Assembly (NCBI RefSeq): GCF_000315625.1
Contig: NW_005434673.1
Coordinates: 634,911-698,910 of the forward strand
Source: Guillardia theta CCMP2712
Taxonomy: Eukaryota; Protista; Cryptophyta
Reading direction: 5' to 3'
DNA length: 64,000 nucleotides
In this document: positions 44,073-55,503 of the stretch, in pieces
Layout: every line of letters begins with the position of its first letter
Numbering within the stretch: position 1 is the stretch's first letter
Program-made: the position numbers and the translations under genes
Notes under the pieces: generated by a model
What the model saw: only the letters and a program-made list of their open reading frames with translations
Told to the model about the DNA's origin: nothing
Database searches by the model: none

Positions 44073-44900
44073 TTACGATGATGGAAGGAAAATCTCTGCG
44101 AGTCTGCATAAAGTAAGAATAGATGTTTTGCTCTGATCTTCGTCGCTTATCGATGAATGTCTGGCGATGTGACTAGTGAAGCTGTCACATTTGTCTTGCA
44201 CACACTGCACTTCCGAAGATGGGTTTTGGTCCTTAGGAACACTGTCAGTATTCTGTAAGTGCTTCTTAGACTCCGAATCTTGCTCATGTGGGATTTTCAT
44301 CGGAGGGAGAAGACATTGGCTGACATTCGGCAAGCTCGTGTTGTGTACAAGATTCTTGAGATCGGCCATTGAAGAACTGATGGCACTGAATTCTTGGACT
44401 CCATCGTTTTGATTCATCTCAGTCCACCGCTTACTCCATTCAGCATTGATGGAACGAAGAGTGTCGATCAGCACATCCCATTTACAGCACAACGAGTAGG
44501 CTGCATGGCGCTCTTGGAGCCTTCGATGCCCCTCTTCCAAGGCTGCGAGATCTGCTGCAACATCTGGGTTTCTCCATCTGCGGCCGCGAAACATGCACAT
44601 GCCAGCACCTGTGGGGTCTTCAGAGATGCGTACAGCCTTCCTGTTACGAAATCTCTCAAAGGACCCCGATTTCTCCAGAGCTCGAAGCATCTCTGCTTCG
44701 CTGATGGCTTTTCTGTTTGCTGTGTACTCTCCGCCTCGCCTTACCACTGCCGGAACGCATCGACTGAGAGCACCAAAGGGGCCACTAGCACCATGTCGAG
44801 CGATAAAAGAACGTGAGCTAGCTCCCTCCTTTGTTGTGACCATCTGCGCGAACTCCAACGCCAACAGCTGGTTCTCTGTGGATGCACGGGGACGAGGCAT
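44073..44900 (-). CDS. Hypothetical intron-less protein
   Basis: 275-aa ATG-to-stop ORF with a globular-looking N-terminal half; no recognised domain. Confidence 0.6.
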   Translation of the reverse strand: MPRPRASTENQLLALEFAQMVTTKEGASSRSFIARHGASGPFGALSRCVPAVVRRGGEYTANRKAISEAEMLRALEKSGSFERFRNRKAVRISEDPTGAGMCMFRGRRWRNPDVAADLAALEEGHRRLQERHAAYSLCCKWDVLIDTLRSINAEWSKRWTEMNQNDGVQEFSAISSSMADLKNLVHNTSLPNVSQCLLPPMKIPHEQDSESKKHLQNTDSVPKDQNPSSEVQCVQDKCDSFTSHIARHSSISDEDQSKTSILTLCRLAEIFLPSS

Positions 44901-47900
44901 GCTTTCTGTTCTGTGACAGCCGCTAAAGGTATGCCCACGATCGCCGAGAGGTACGCAGAAGCAGGAGGAAGTATGCCGAGCAAACTGAGAGAGGTTTTCT
45001 GGAGGGGGCCGATGGATGATGTAAAGATGATGCAGTGAATGTTGAAGTGCAATGCCGTTGCGGCGACCGCAGAAGAGAACTGCTCAAGCTTGGATTGAAC
45101 CGAGAAGCAGAGGAATCCTTCAACAGGGAGGCAGACGGTTGAAGAGAGGTCGACTGCTGCAGGGAAGACGGGGCGTGAGAGAATGATCTGCCAGGAGCGA
45201 CGCAGTTAGTTCCACGTCCTCACCATCACGACTGTGGCCCCAGTGGCCGAATGTTGACGGGCAGCGGTTGATCTAGGGGGTGGGGGTTATCATGCCAAGG
45301 GTACAGGTACGAAAGGAGCTACCTCACCCCTTATCTGAAATCTAATTTCAGGGGTGATAGAGCAGAAGGTGGTCATATTATGGGGGTACCTCAAGAAACG
45401 TGGTGGTACCTGATGAGGGGTTATAAATTTGATGTATTTTGAGTGGATCCCCTTCATCAACTAGAGCCACACGAGATGGTGGGGTGGGACACTGGGGGGT
45501 ACGGTAGTGTGGTGTACTACCCGTTCATTATAGGGAATGTCGCACTCCACCACCGGGGGTCCGACCATCGGTGCTGAGTGATCACTCAGTGGCATGAAGT
45601 GGTCCCAGGTAGGGGCCATATCACAGTACGTTCTATGCTAGTAGCACCCGGTAGGTTGACCGTAGCTGTGGCTTAGGAAGCCTAGGACCTCAGGAAGTAC
45701 CGGGTGGGAGGGCATAAGACGACGACCCTAGAGTCACGGTTGGGTCCGACTTGCTGCCTCTTCGTCTCCAACAGTCACCGACAGTCACGTGCCCGAAGCC
45801 GCCGGCCCGCCGCCGCCGCCGGGACCGTCGATACCCGGTGGCCCGGGGCCCGGTGACTGGCAACGACTAGCAAACTTGATCACCGCCAGGGGCCCCTCAG
45901 GACGAGGGCCTACGGTTTTGAGGTGACGCCGCAAGTTTGCCGCGCCCGGCCGCCGGGCGGCAAAGCGGCTCACTGGCCGCCCCGCTCATCAGGGCCGGGC
46001 CGTTACGCACAGCGGCGGCACGGTAATACGGCCCATAGCCGGACCCGGGCCCCGGGCCCCGGGCCCCCGCTACACGCACTGCCGGCGGCACTGCGGCACA
46101 CCGTGCAATCGGCGTGACTTGAGAACATTTCAAGCGGCTGGGCCGCGACTGTGACTCAGGCTCTTCAAGCAATGTCCGATGATGCGCCGGATGTTTCCTC
46201 GCCATGTCCATGCTCGTGCTGCGCTCACGCCCCGCCGCCGAGTCAGCAGCGTGATATCCTCACCTTGCACAGCCGCAGGACGTACTCGCTCAAGTTGCAG
46301 GATAGGGCACCATCTTCGCTCATTTTCCTGAGCGGGACCTGCTTTGTTTTGCTTGAGGCACATTTTACCTTCTGCCAGTAAATCTTCCTTCCCATCCTCA
46401 TGGCCGCAAAAAGATGGGGGATATTCACATCCCTGGGATCCGAGATCAAGGGTCTGAGCAGTACGAGGGCTTGATGGCGGATGTGACGTTGGTCCACCCC
46501 TATATTGGTGTTTGTGCAGCTTCTCGCTGTGCGCTGTGTGCAAGCAGGTTTAGCTTGTTCCTGCTTTGTTTTGCTTGAGGCACTTTTTACCTTCTGCCAG
46601 TAAATCTTCCGTCTTGGTAGCTCTGCCAACCTGAACAAGTGGGGGCCGGGAGGTCAACCTCGACGCCCTCCATGTTGCAGCGTTGGAGAAGATTCGCAAA
46701 CATCGCGCTGCATATGCAATGACTACTCCTCCTTCAAGTCGCGCTTGGGCTGGCGCTGCCGCGTCTGGTTGCCAGCAGTGCTGGTTCTTTTCGGGCTTGT
46801 GTTTTGTGTGTGATTGTGCAGCTTCTCGCTGTGCGCTGTGTGCCTGGAGGTTTAGCTTGTTCCTGCTTTGTTTTGCTTGAGGCACTTTTTACCTTCTGCC
46901 AGTAAATCCGTAGCTCACCGCGTTCATCCCTCTTGCCATCTCGACGGACGGTTCTCTGCATGCTGACACCCTCCGCTTCATCTCAGTATCCGTCCATCAC
47001 TGTGACGTCGGGTGCCTCCGGAGAGCTCGACACCACTGGAATGCTTGCTCAGCGCCTCACCATGCAGCTGACGCTGGAGGCGCTCTTGTCTGGTGCGAGG
47101 CGCATGACGCCCTTGCGGGCGCAAGCACTTCTCGAGCCAGAGGACAGCTCCTCCTCGGACTTTGTCGAGTCGCCCGAGGGGGAGTCTTCGCCGGAGGTCT
47201 CCGACTCCGATGGGGGAAACACTTCGAGTGGCCCCGACCCGTCTCCGTCCCTCACTGTGACGTCGGGTGCCTCCGGAGAGCTCGACACCACTGGGGTGCT
47301 TGCTGCTGGTCCGAGCACGCCTGCTTCCTCCCCGGCCGGGCATCGGTCGGGTCCCGCCGGTCCGCTTGGGCATTGCCGCGGCGTCGCCGCCGTCACGGGC
47401 GGCTCCCGCTGACTCGGCTACCGCTGACTCGGAGGCTAGCCTGTGGCGAGGAGGACTACCTCGAGCGGTACCGTGTTCCTGTGTCCAGCCTCCCTCCGTC
47501 CGCCCAGTGCCCCAGGCGGACCCCCCGGCGGGCAACGCCGGCTCCTTGTCGGCGGCTGCCCTTTCTCCGTCCGCGACCGCCAGCTTTGTGGCGGCAGCGG
47601 ACGTCTCGACTGACAGTGGTCAGTCGGCTGCCTCCGGGTATCGCGTCTAAGGGATTTTCTTCCTCCTGCATGCTCCTGCTGCTTGTGACAGTATCCACCC
47701 CCTGCTCCTCCATATCGCAGAGCTTTTTCCCTCTGTTCCGAAGTTCGAGTCTTGGCCTATGCTGACAACGTCGTGCTTGTCGGTCCACTCGAGGATGCCG
47801 TTGCAGCTACGTCCGCTATGAAGAAGTACATGTTAGCTGATCTGAAGCTAGAGATTCAACCTCGCGAGTCGAAAGTTTACATTCCCTCCTGGCATCAACA

Positions 47901-48368
47901 CCCTGATCTCTCGCAGCTGAAGAAGAGCCTTAAGCGCCGTCTCAAGACTCAACTTCTTCACTTCGAGGTCGTCACTGGCGGGATTACACTTGGCGGCCTG
48001 CCTATCGGCACGGATGGATTTCATGCTAGTCAGCTCCGAGCGAAGGTCTCTACCCTCAACGAAGAGCTCTCGAAGCTCGGGCTCGTCCAGCATGGCTTCA
48101 TGTTCAAGACGCTGGTGAGGGCGAGCCATCTCCAGAAGCTGCGCTTCTTCCTCCAGGGGTCATCTCCGTTTCTCCCGCGGGTCCAATCACAGATTCGTCG
48201 CTTTGACCTCTCTGTCCACCTGGCGCTTGAGAAATACCACCGCTGGCCTTCCTCGCAGTACCTCGCCGCGCATCCCGACCTGCTAGAGTTTGCGAGGTTC
48301 AAGCGGGAGCTTCCGCATAGTCGGCTTTGTTTTGCTTGAGGCACTTTTTACCTTCTGCCAGTAAATCC

Positions 48369-50149
48369 TCTACTATACGGCTATCGCTCGCTTCCTCGCT
48401 TGGTACTCTGACCAGCCGATGTCACGGACGCTGCCCTCTCCTCATAGCCTGGACGTTCACTGCTCGAGATCTCTCCGTGCCCAGAAGCATCCTCTGGTCG
48501 GACCTTCTTCGTTGAGGCGCACGACTTCGTTCATAATGCTGGAGCGATCCTCTACCGTCGTGTCAAGGCTCCTGCACCGGCTGCAGATGGCGCGGCGATC
48601 CCACCTGCCCCGGCTGATGACGGAGGACGCCCCCCGGCATCTGTGGTACACATCCCTGGTTTGCGCGCTCTCGTCGACTCGTCTCATGAGCACTTCATTC
48701 CTCCGCCTGCGCAGCGAAATGTGACCCCTCTTGTCATGCGCGTCTTCCCTCGCCATGTGCATGCTCGCGCTGCGCTGACCGATCAGCAGCGTGATATCCT
48801 CACCTTGCACAGCCGCAGGACACACTCGCTCAAGTCGCAGGATAGGGTCTTGCAGTCTACCATCTTCGCTCATTTTCCTGAGCGAGACCTGAGCCACTCT
48901 CCGATGCGAGTCTCGAGCTACTACCCCCTCAAGGCCTTCCCGCACCGCTATGCTCAGATGCTCGACTGCTATCTCCATGGCATCCCTCCGTTGCTGCACA
49001 TCAGAATGTGATGGATGTCAGCGCGAGCTCGATCCCTCCGTTGCTGCACATCATCTCCAGACCTGCAAACGCCGATCCTCCAAGCTTCCCACGGCGCATG
49101 ACAACCTTACTCGTACGATTCGGTCGATGCTGAACGAAGCTGGTCTTCAGAGCGTCATCGATACAGTGGGGGATCCTCGTTCTCGACGGCAGGTACCCTC
49201 CCATCCTGACGTGACGTTGGTCCACCCTTACATTGGTAGCTCTGCCGACCTGACCAAGTGGGGGGAGGTCAACCTCGACGCCCTCCATGTTGCAGCGTCT
49301 GAGAAGATTCGCAAACATCGCGCTGCATATGCCATGACTACTCCTCCTCGAGCGTTCATCCCTCTTGCCATCTCGACGGACGGTACCCTGCATCCTGACA
49401 CCCTCCGCTTCATCTGGTATCTCGCGGACATCATTGCTCAGCGCTCGATGCCTCTTGAGGATGCGGCGTTTGGTCGGCACTTCGTGCCTGATGACGGACC
49501 TGCTGCTGAGGTCTTGGCTCGCAAACGCGCCGCCACCTATCAGCGCCTCACCATGCAGCTGACGCTGGAAGCGCTCTTGTCTGGTGCGAGGCGCATGACG
49601 CCCTTGCGGGCGCAAGCACTTCTCGAGCCAGAGGACAGCTCCTCCTCGGACTTTGTCGAGTCGCCCGAGGAGTCTTCGCCGGAGGTCTCCGACTCCGATG
49701 GGGGAAACCCTTCGAGTGGCGCCGACGATCGGCGCGGAGCTGGCGAGGCGTCTCCGTCCCTCACTGTGACGTCGGGTGCCTCCGGAGAGCTCGACACCAC
49801 TGGGGTGCTTGCTGCTGGTCCGAGCTCGCCTGCTTCCTCCCCGGCATCGGTCGGGTCACGCCGGTCCTTGGGCATTGCTGCGGCGTCGCCGCCGTCACGG
49901 GCGGCTCCCGCTGACTCGGCTACCGCTGACTCGGAGGCTAGCGAGGAGGACTACCTCGAGCGGTACCGTGTTCCTGTGTCCAGCCTCCCTCCGTCCGCTG
50001 CCGGGCGGCCCCAGGCGGACCCCCGGGCAGCGCCGGCTCCTTGTCGGCGGCTGCCCTTTCTCCGTCCGCGGCCGCCAGCTTTGTGGCGGCAGCGGACGTC
50101 TCGACTGACAGTTACAGTGGTCAGTCGGCTGCCTCCGGGTATCGCGTCT
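48369..50149 (+). pseudogene. Linker, CCHC and restriction-like endonuclease part of the retroelement ORF (frameshifted, catalytic segment deleted)
   Basis: ORFs 48643-49011 and 48950-50173; HP|DVT junction lacks the segment present at ~46399-46480. Confidence 0.85.
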
Positions 50150-50499
50150 GGGAGGCATAGGATTGCGGCATAGGATTTACTGGCAGAAGGTAAAAAGTGC
50201 CGCGTCTAAGGGATTTTCTTCCTCCTATACCCCTCCTGCATGCTCCTGCTGCTTGTTGCATGATTGCCTGACCCTTAGGCTGCTTGTCTGCGCGGCTTCG
50301 CGCTTGGGCTGGCGATGCCGCGTCTGGGTGCCAGCAGTGCTGGTTCTTTTCGGGCTTGTGTTTTGTGTGTGATTGTGCAGCTTCTCGCTGTGCGCTGTGT
50401 GCCTGGAGGTTTAGCTTGTTCCTGCTTTGTTTTGCTTGAGGCACTTTTTACCTTCTGCCAGTAAATCCATTAGTGCCCTTAGTGCCCTCATTACTTTGA

Positions 50500-51361
50500 T
50501 GGGAGCATCACTGAAGGCGCAAGCTTGCCCTCTTGCGAGCATCTCCGTTTGTTCGCCTCCTACCTCTCCAGCTACTATGGAGACTCTGCTGACCTTCGAC
50601 TCTTTCACAAAAGTCAGTCAGCCTCCGTTCAGTGTACCTCGGGCGTCTGTCAGGGCGATGTCCCCTCCAGCGTATTTTTCTGCCACAGTATCCACCCCCT
50701 GCTCCTCCATATCGCAGAGCTTTTTCCCTCTGTTCGAGTCTTGGCCTATGCTGACAACGTCGTGCTTGTCGGTCCACTCGAGGATGCCGTTGCAGCTACG
50801 TCCGCTATGAAGAAGTACATGTTAGCTGATCTGAAGCTAGAGATTCAACCTCGCGAGTCGAAAGTTTACATTCCCTCCTGGCATCAACACCCTGATCTCT
50901 CGCAGCTGAAGAAGAGCCTTAAGCGCCGTCTCAAGACTCAACTTCTTCACTTCGAGGTCGTCACTGGCGGGATTACACTTGGCGGCCTGCCTATCGGCAC
51001 GGATGGATTTCATGCTAGTCAGCTCCGAGCGAAGGTCTCTACCCTCAACGAAGAGCTCTCGAAGCTCGGGCTCGTCCAGCATGGCTTCATGTTCAAGACG
51101 CTGGTGAGGGCGAGCCATCTCCAGAAGCTGCGCTTCTTCCTCCAGGGGTCATCTCCGTTTCTCCCGCGGGTCCAATCACAGATTCGTCGCTTTGACCTCT
51201 CTGTCCACCTGGCGCTTGAGAAATACCACCGCTGGCCTTCCTCGCAGTACCTCGCCGCGCATCCCGACCTGCTAGAGTTTGCGAGGTTCAAGCGGGAGCT
51301 TCCGCATAGTCGAGGAGGGGACGAGTTCACGCCCTCTGAGGGTCTACACCCCGCTGTTTAC
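50500..51361 (+). pseudogene. Reverse transcriptase fragment; a second near-identical copy lies at ~47690-48323
   Basis: QGD and YADN (YADD-like) motifs; the ORF track shows the same peptide at 47752 and within the 50525 ORF. Confidence 0.9.
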
Positions 51362-51579
51362 TGGGGCATAGGATTTACTGGCAGAAGGTAAAAAGTGCCT
51401 CAAGCAAAACAAAGCAGGAACAAGCTGAACCGGCAGGCACACAGTCCACAGCGAGAAGCTGCACAAACACACACAAAACACAAGCCCGAAAAGAACCAGC
51501 ACTGCTGGCACCCAGACGCGGCAGCGCCAGCCCAAGCGCGAAGCCGCGCAGACAAGCAGCCTAAGGGTCAAGCAATCAG

Positions 51580-52090
51580 TGTAAACCAAGACGACTTACG
51601 TGTTTTGCGAGGCGGCAATGTAGCGTGTGGGACGAAGAGGGGGCTTTCCTAGCCGTCTTGCTAAGGTCCTCTCATGTCTGGATGCTTGGGTTTCACATCC
51701 TAGCATACAGTCTATCTCTCATGTGCTCCTCAATTCTGGTTTTATGTGCATTAAACTCGGTCTTGAGTAAAAACTGTCTTGTTACAACTAAGGTCGATGT
51801 GATATCTGCGTGACTTTGGACTAGTACAAGTCTAACAAACTTGTATTCCGTCGGTTATGAGCCTCGAAACTAAACCCTAAACCCTCTCTTCAATCAGGCC
51901 CTCTCTCTAGCCGCAAGTTGTTTAGGCCTCTCATCTCAGCCTCAATTTGTTTGATTGATCTTCGAATAGGAAAAACAAGCCTTTCCCAGCCAGATTGGTC
52001 GGTCGAATATCTGCTTAACCGTGTGGAAACGCACTTGAAGCTGATTCGATTCTTATTTTTCTTGATCTTTGAGTAGGATCAAATGGAACT
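51580..52090 (+). repeat. Partial copy of a ~1.07-kb repeat unit; left inverted arm of the island
   Basis: Reverse complement of 62488-63126; the ORF track gives the same peptide at 51625(+) and 63084(-). Confidence 0.9.
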
Positions 52091-52484
52091 ACCAGGAGAT
52101 CTGGCGGAAGTTTTCATGTCACATGCCGTTCACTTTCAGGCCTTTCGTTAATTTGGCACTTAAATTTTTCGGTAGGGTCTTTTTTTTTAGTAGGCGTGCA
52201 ACGAGTTAGAGACCCCACTTCATAGTACCCAAGAGTTTTAGTTTATTTCAACAATCCTCTTTACAAGTTGTTTTAACGGTAGTTACAACGGTACCGACAC
52301 ATACCCTATGGTACTACTTTCAGTACCAGTTGCAATCCTCCTTGCCTTGACGGACCGTTGAATAGCGGCGCAATCGGGGCGGCCACCGTCGTCAAGGGCT
52401 GCCTCATCGCTCGGCATTGCCAAAAGGAGGAGCCTCGGAGATTGGAGCAAGAGAACAAGGTGATCCTCTTCATTCGCATGTTCT

Positions 52485-53009
52485 GTGCACTTTGAATTAC
52501 TACACCACGTTGAAGGTTTAGACATGTCATTCAATCTGGTACCATGTCATGGTGAAATTTCGAAGTGGAATCATCCGAAATTGGAAAGGAAGAATGTCAA
52601 CTTCTTTAACACTAGAAAACAAACTAAGAGTTTCTTCCGTCTCAACATCGATCTGCACAAGATTAGGACTACGGTAGTATGGTTAACTGCCACGGTTTCG
52701 CAAACGTGGGAAGCCCTTCTTGAAACCCCGGATGAAAAGGTCAGTGCAGTTGGACCATCAGTACATCACTCTTACAGAACAGAGAATCAAGTTCCTGTGC
52801 CTTTCAAGGATGAACCCTACATGTTAGAACCAACAGGCTGGATCAGGTTCGTTATATTTCGAGGGCGCACTGACAGTCACCTTGAAACGAAATTAGAGGA
52901 CGCAATACACATGCATCTCTTTCAAGTTCGAAAGAATGGTACGATTGTGCACGTTTCACACAGAGATTTGGAGGCATCCAGATTGAACGCGACTTTACTC
53001 AGACATTAA
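52485..53009 (+). CDS. Hypothetical protein fragment
   Basis: 174-aa AT-rich ORF without an ATG start; no motif. Confidence 0.35.
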   Translation: MHFELLHHVEGLDMSFNLVPCHGEISKWNHPKLERKNVNFFNTRKQTKSFFRLNIDLHKIRTTVVWLTATVSQTWEALLETPDEKVSAVGPSVHHSYRTENQVPVPFKDEPYMLEPTGWIRFVIFRGRTDSHLETKLEDAIHMHLFQVRKNGTIVHVSHRDLEASRLNATLLRH

Positions 53010-53060
53010 TTTACTTTGAAGGAGCTGCCACAACAACTGAGTGAAGTGTGCTCGAACCGA

Positions 53061-54078
53061 GAATTTCGAAAAGTTCCACCGGGATACAATGACATGGTTG
53101 AGAAGATCAAAGTGATCCGTCAAGAGATTGAAAGGCGAAATGTTCAATTTGAACGTTTCAGAAAGAATTTTATGGAAGATATCAAGGAGATTCAAGGAAA
53201 TATCCAGGCAATCAACCAAGACCAAGAGATCGAAGCTCAGGACAAGCAGTTTGAAGCAGAGATCCAGGCAATCAACCAAGACCAAGAGATCGAAGCTCAG
53301 GACAAGCAGTTTGAAGCAGAGATCCAGGCAATCAACCAAGACCAAGAGATCGAAGCTCAGGACAAGCAGTTTGAAGCAGAGATCCAGGCAATCGACCAAG
53401 ACCAAGAGATCGAAGCTCAGGACACCGACAATCAAGCAGTCAAGGTAAGGAAATTGATGATGTGTCAGTGTAATATATTGATTCTTTGATTTTACAGAAA
53501 AAGACAATGAAACGGAGAGTTGGTGGCATCGAAATCGACAACATTAGAACTGAAGGAAAGAGACTGCGCGTTGCCACTCCAGCCATGCAGGCATGGAGGG
53601 AGAAAATTCTGAAGAAGAGGAATTGATTTGTGTGTGTGTTTTAGTATCTGTGAATCAGGATACTGTGTGGGTGTTCTATGTGATACTCTGTGTGTGATTT
53701 TGATAAGTAAACTACTTTAACAACCTAAAGTGTTTGCATCAAGAACATGTATCCAAAGCTATGTGAAACGATATAAAAAACGAGCGTGAAAACGCGTATC
53801 TAAGAAGGAGAGTGGGAAGGAGTTTCATTCACTGACAGAGCCGCTGATGCTTTCATGAGCGTTGATGTGTTGCACCGGTTGTGAAGTGTATGATAAACGC
53901 AACGCTTCAAAAAATTTGCATGGGGAAAAGCAATTGTTGAGTACACAAAATCACTCAATGAGCGGCTCGTACTTAGCTTGTATGCCGTAAAAGCACTCAG
54001 GGAGCGTCTGGTACTTAGTTTGTATGCGTAAAAGCACTCAGGAGATGAACGGTTCGTATTTAGTTTGTGAGTGAATGC
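53061..54078 (+). repeat. Direct repeat copy 1 (1018 bp)
   Basis: Essentially identical to 59038-60075. Confidence 0.95.
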
Positions 54079-54412
54079 GGGTGTTATATGCCTGTTCCTT
54101 ATAATAAGATCTACGAGAAAGAGTCGTACTGGATTGATTCGCCGGTTGCCCCGTTCTGGTTTGTGTTTGTATGGACTTCGATGTGGATTGCAGCTGTTAT
54201 GAGTTCGATCTGGGTACAGAGACAGATCAAAAAACGGATCTAGTGAAGTGAAAGCGTGAAGTTTTTAAGTAAAGGCTTGAAATGATGCAGCTTCACCCTA
54301 AATCGTAAACCCTAAAGCCCTGATTTTAGGGTTTTGTAAAAAAGGGTTTTGATTTGGAACGGGGAGGGAGGAGGGAAGGGAGGGAGGGAGAGTATAAGAT
54401 TGATACAGTAGT

Positions 54413-55503
54413 ATGCAATCGTCGGATGAAACACGGAAGCTGTTGGATGAGCAAACAAGTCAGTCTGGTGAAGCACAGCAGGAGTTTATAGCGTGGGAAA
54501 AGAATATTTCGACTGTCCGGATGGGACTTATCGTCGTCACGCTTGTTTTACTGAGTGTTCAGTTCTTGTTGCTGCAGTTTGGCGAAAGTATCGCGCTACT
54601 TTGCGCAGCGCAAGTTGGGCTTAGAGTGCATAAGCCGCCGCGGACAGTGGTGAGTATAACGACGTTTGGTAAGCGGATATTCTACATGACTCCCTGTCTG
54701 GATAGCGTTTTCAGTCAGTCACAGAAGGCTGATCGGGTTATCATTTCCATTCCTAAGGCATACAGGAAGAAAGAGAACACATCATGCACACTGTCGGATT
54801 GTGATTTGGATACGATTCAACGAGACTCAACGCTTCAACGAGACTCAACGCGATGTGAACACATCATGCACACTGTCGGATTGTGATTTGGATACGATTC
54901 AACGAGACTCAACGCTTCAACGAGACTCAACGCGATGTGTTTGAATTCCCTAAGCTCACGGTGCAGTTTCTTGATAAGGACTGGGGTCCTGCGACCAAGG
55001 TTCTAGGTGCTTTGCTGCTGGAGCATGACCCGAATACCGTGATTATAACGCTCGATGATGACATATTCTACAACAAGCGTACAGTCGAATGGCTCGCTAC
55101 TCACATTGATGACAAGGATATGGCGCTTTCGTTTGGTTGCGAGATGTGGAACAACCAGCACAGCAACTTCAAGTCGTTCACGACTTACTCCTTCTCCAAC
55201 ATATTTGTCACCACTCCGCGTGTTTGCAACGGCTGGCTAGTTGGTTGGACGGCTGTAGCTCATCGTGTTAGCAATTTCGGAGAGGATGTCTGGATGTATC
55301 TGGATAGACTCCCTCGGGGATGTTTCTATAATGATGATATCTGGATGTCTGGATATGTTGGCAGACGGGGTATACGTAAGGTCTATGCTCCCTGGGTGGT
55401 TTATCATGCGCATCATCGTCGCGATAAGGACTTGAGCCTGAGCACCATCGAAGGCACCCGCGAGCGGAACGCTTTCCCGTGTGCGGTTGACTTTTTCGGT
55501 TGA
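54413..55503 (+). pseudogene. Intron-less type II membrane GT-A glycosyltransferase, disrupted by an 82-bp tandem duplication
   Basis: TM segment; VVSITTFGKRI, CLDSVFSQSQKADRVIISIP, DWGPATKVLG, IITLDDDIFY, YNDDIWMSGY; duplication 54776-54857 / 54858-54939 at the frame break. Confidence 0.8.

Larger units (their letters stand above)
46120..51579 (+). mobile_element. Mosaic of fragments of a CRE-like RLE-type non-LTR retrotransposon
   Basis: RT motifs GVCQGDVPSSVFF and LAYADNVVLVG; CCHC knuckle CDGC..HHLQTC..AHD; RLE motifs KMGD..ADVTLVHP, KIRKH, FIPLAISTDG; repeated 3' terminus ending CCAGTAAATCC(TATGCC). Confidence 0.9.

Noticed and set aside
46340-50468. CRISPR-like repeat-spacer array formed by the recurring terminal cassette
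   Set aside because: Cassette length varies widely and the intervening pieces are parts of the same retroelement ORF
51362-51400. Cassette as a spliced-leader or snRNA target gene (GCAGAAG|GTAAAA looks like a donor; the other strand like an acceptor)
   Set aside because: It is continuous with the element's 3' UTR and I recognise no snRNA motif; comparison with the host SL sequence would settle it
52485-53489. In-frame chimeric gene joining the 52485 ORF to the duplicated C-terminus
   Set aside because: A stop at 53007-53009 separates the frames and an alternative frame reads equally well, so the fusion is unsupported
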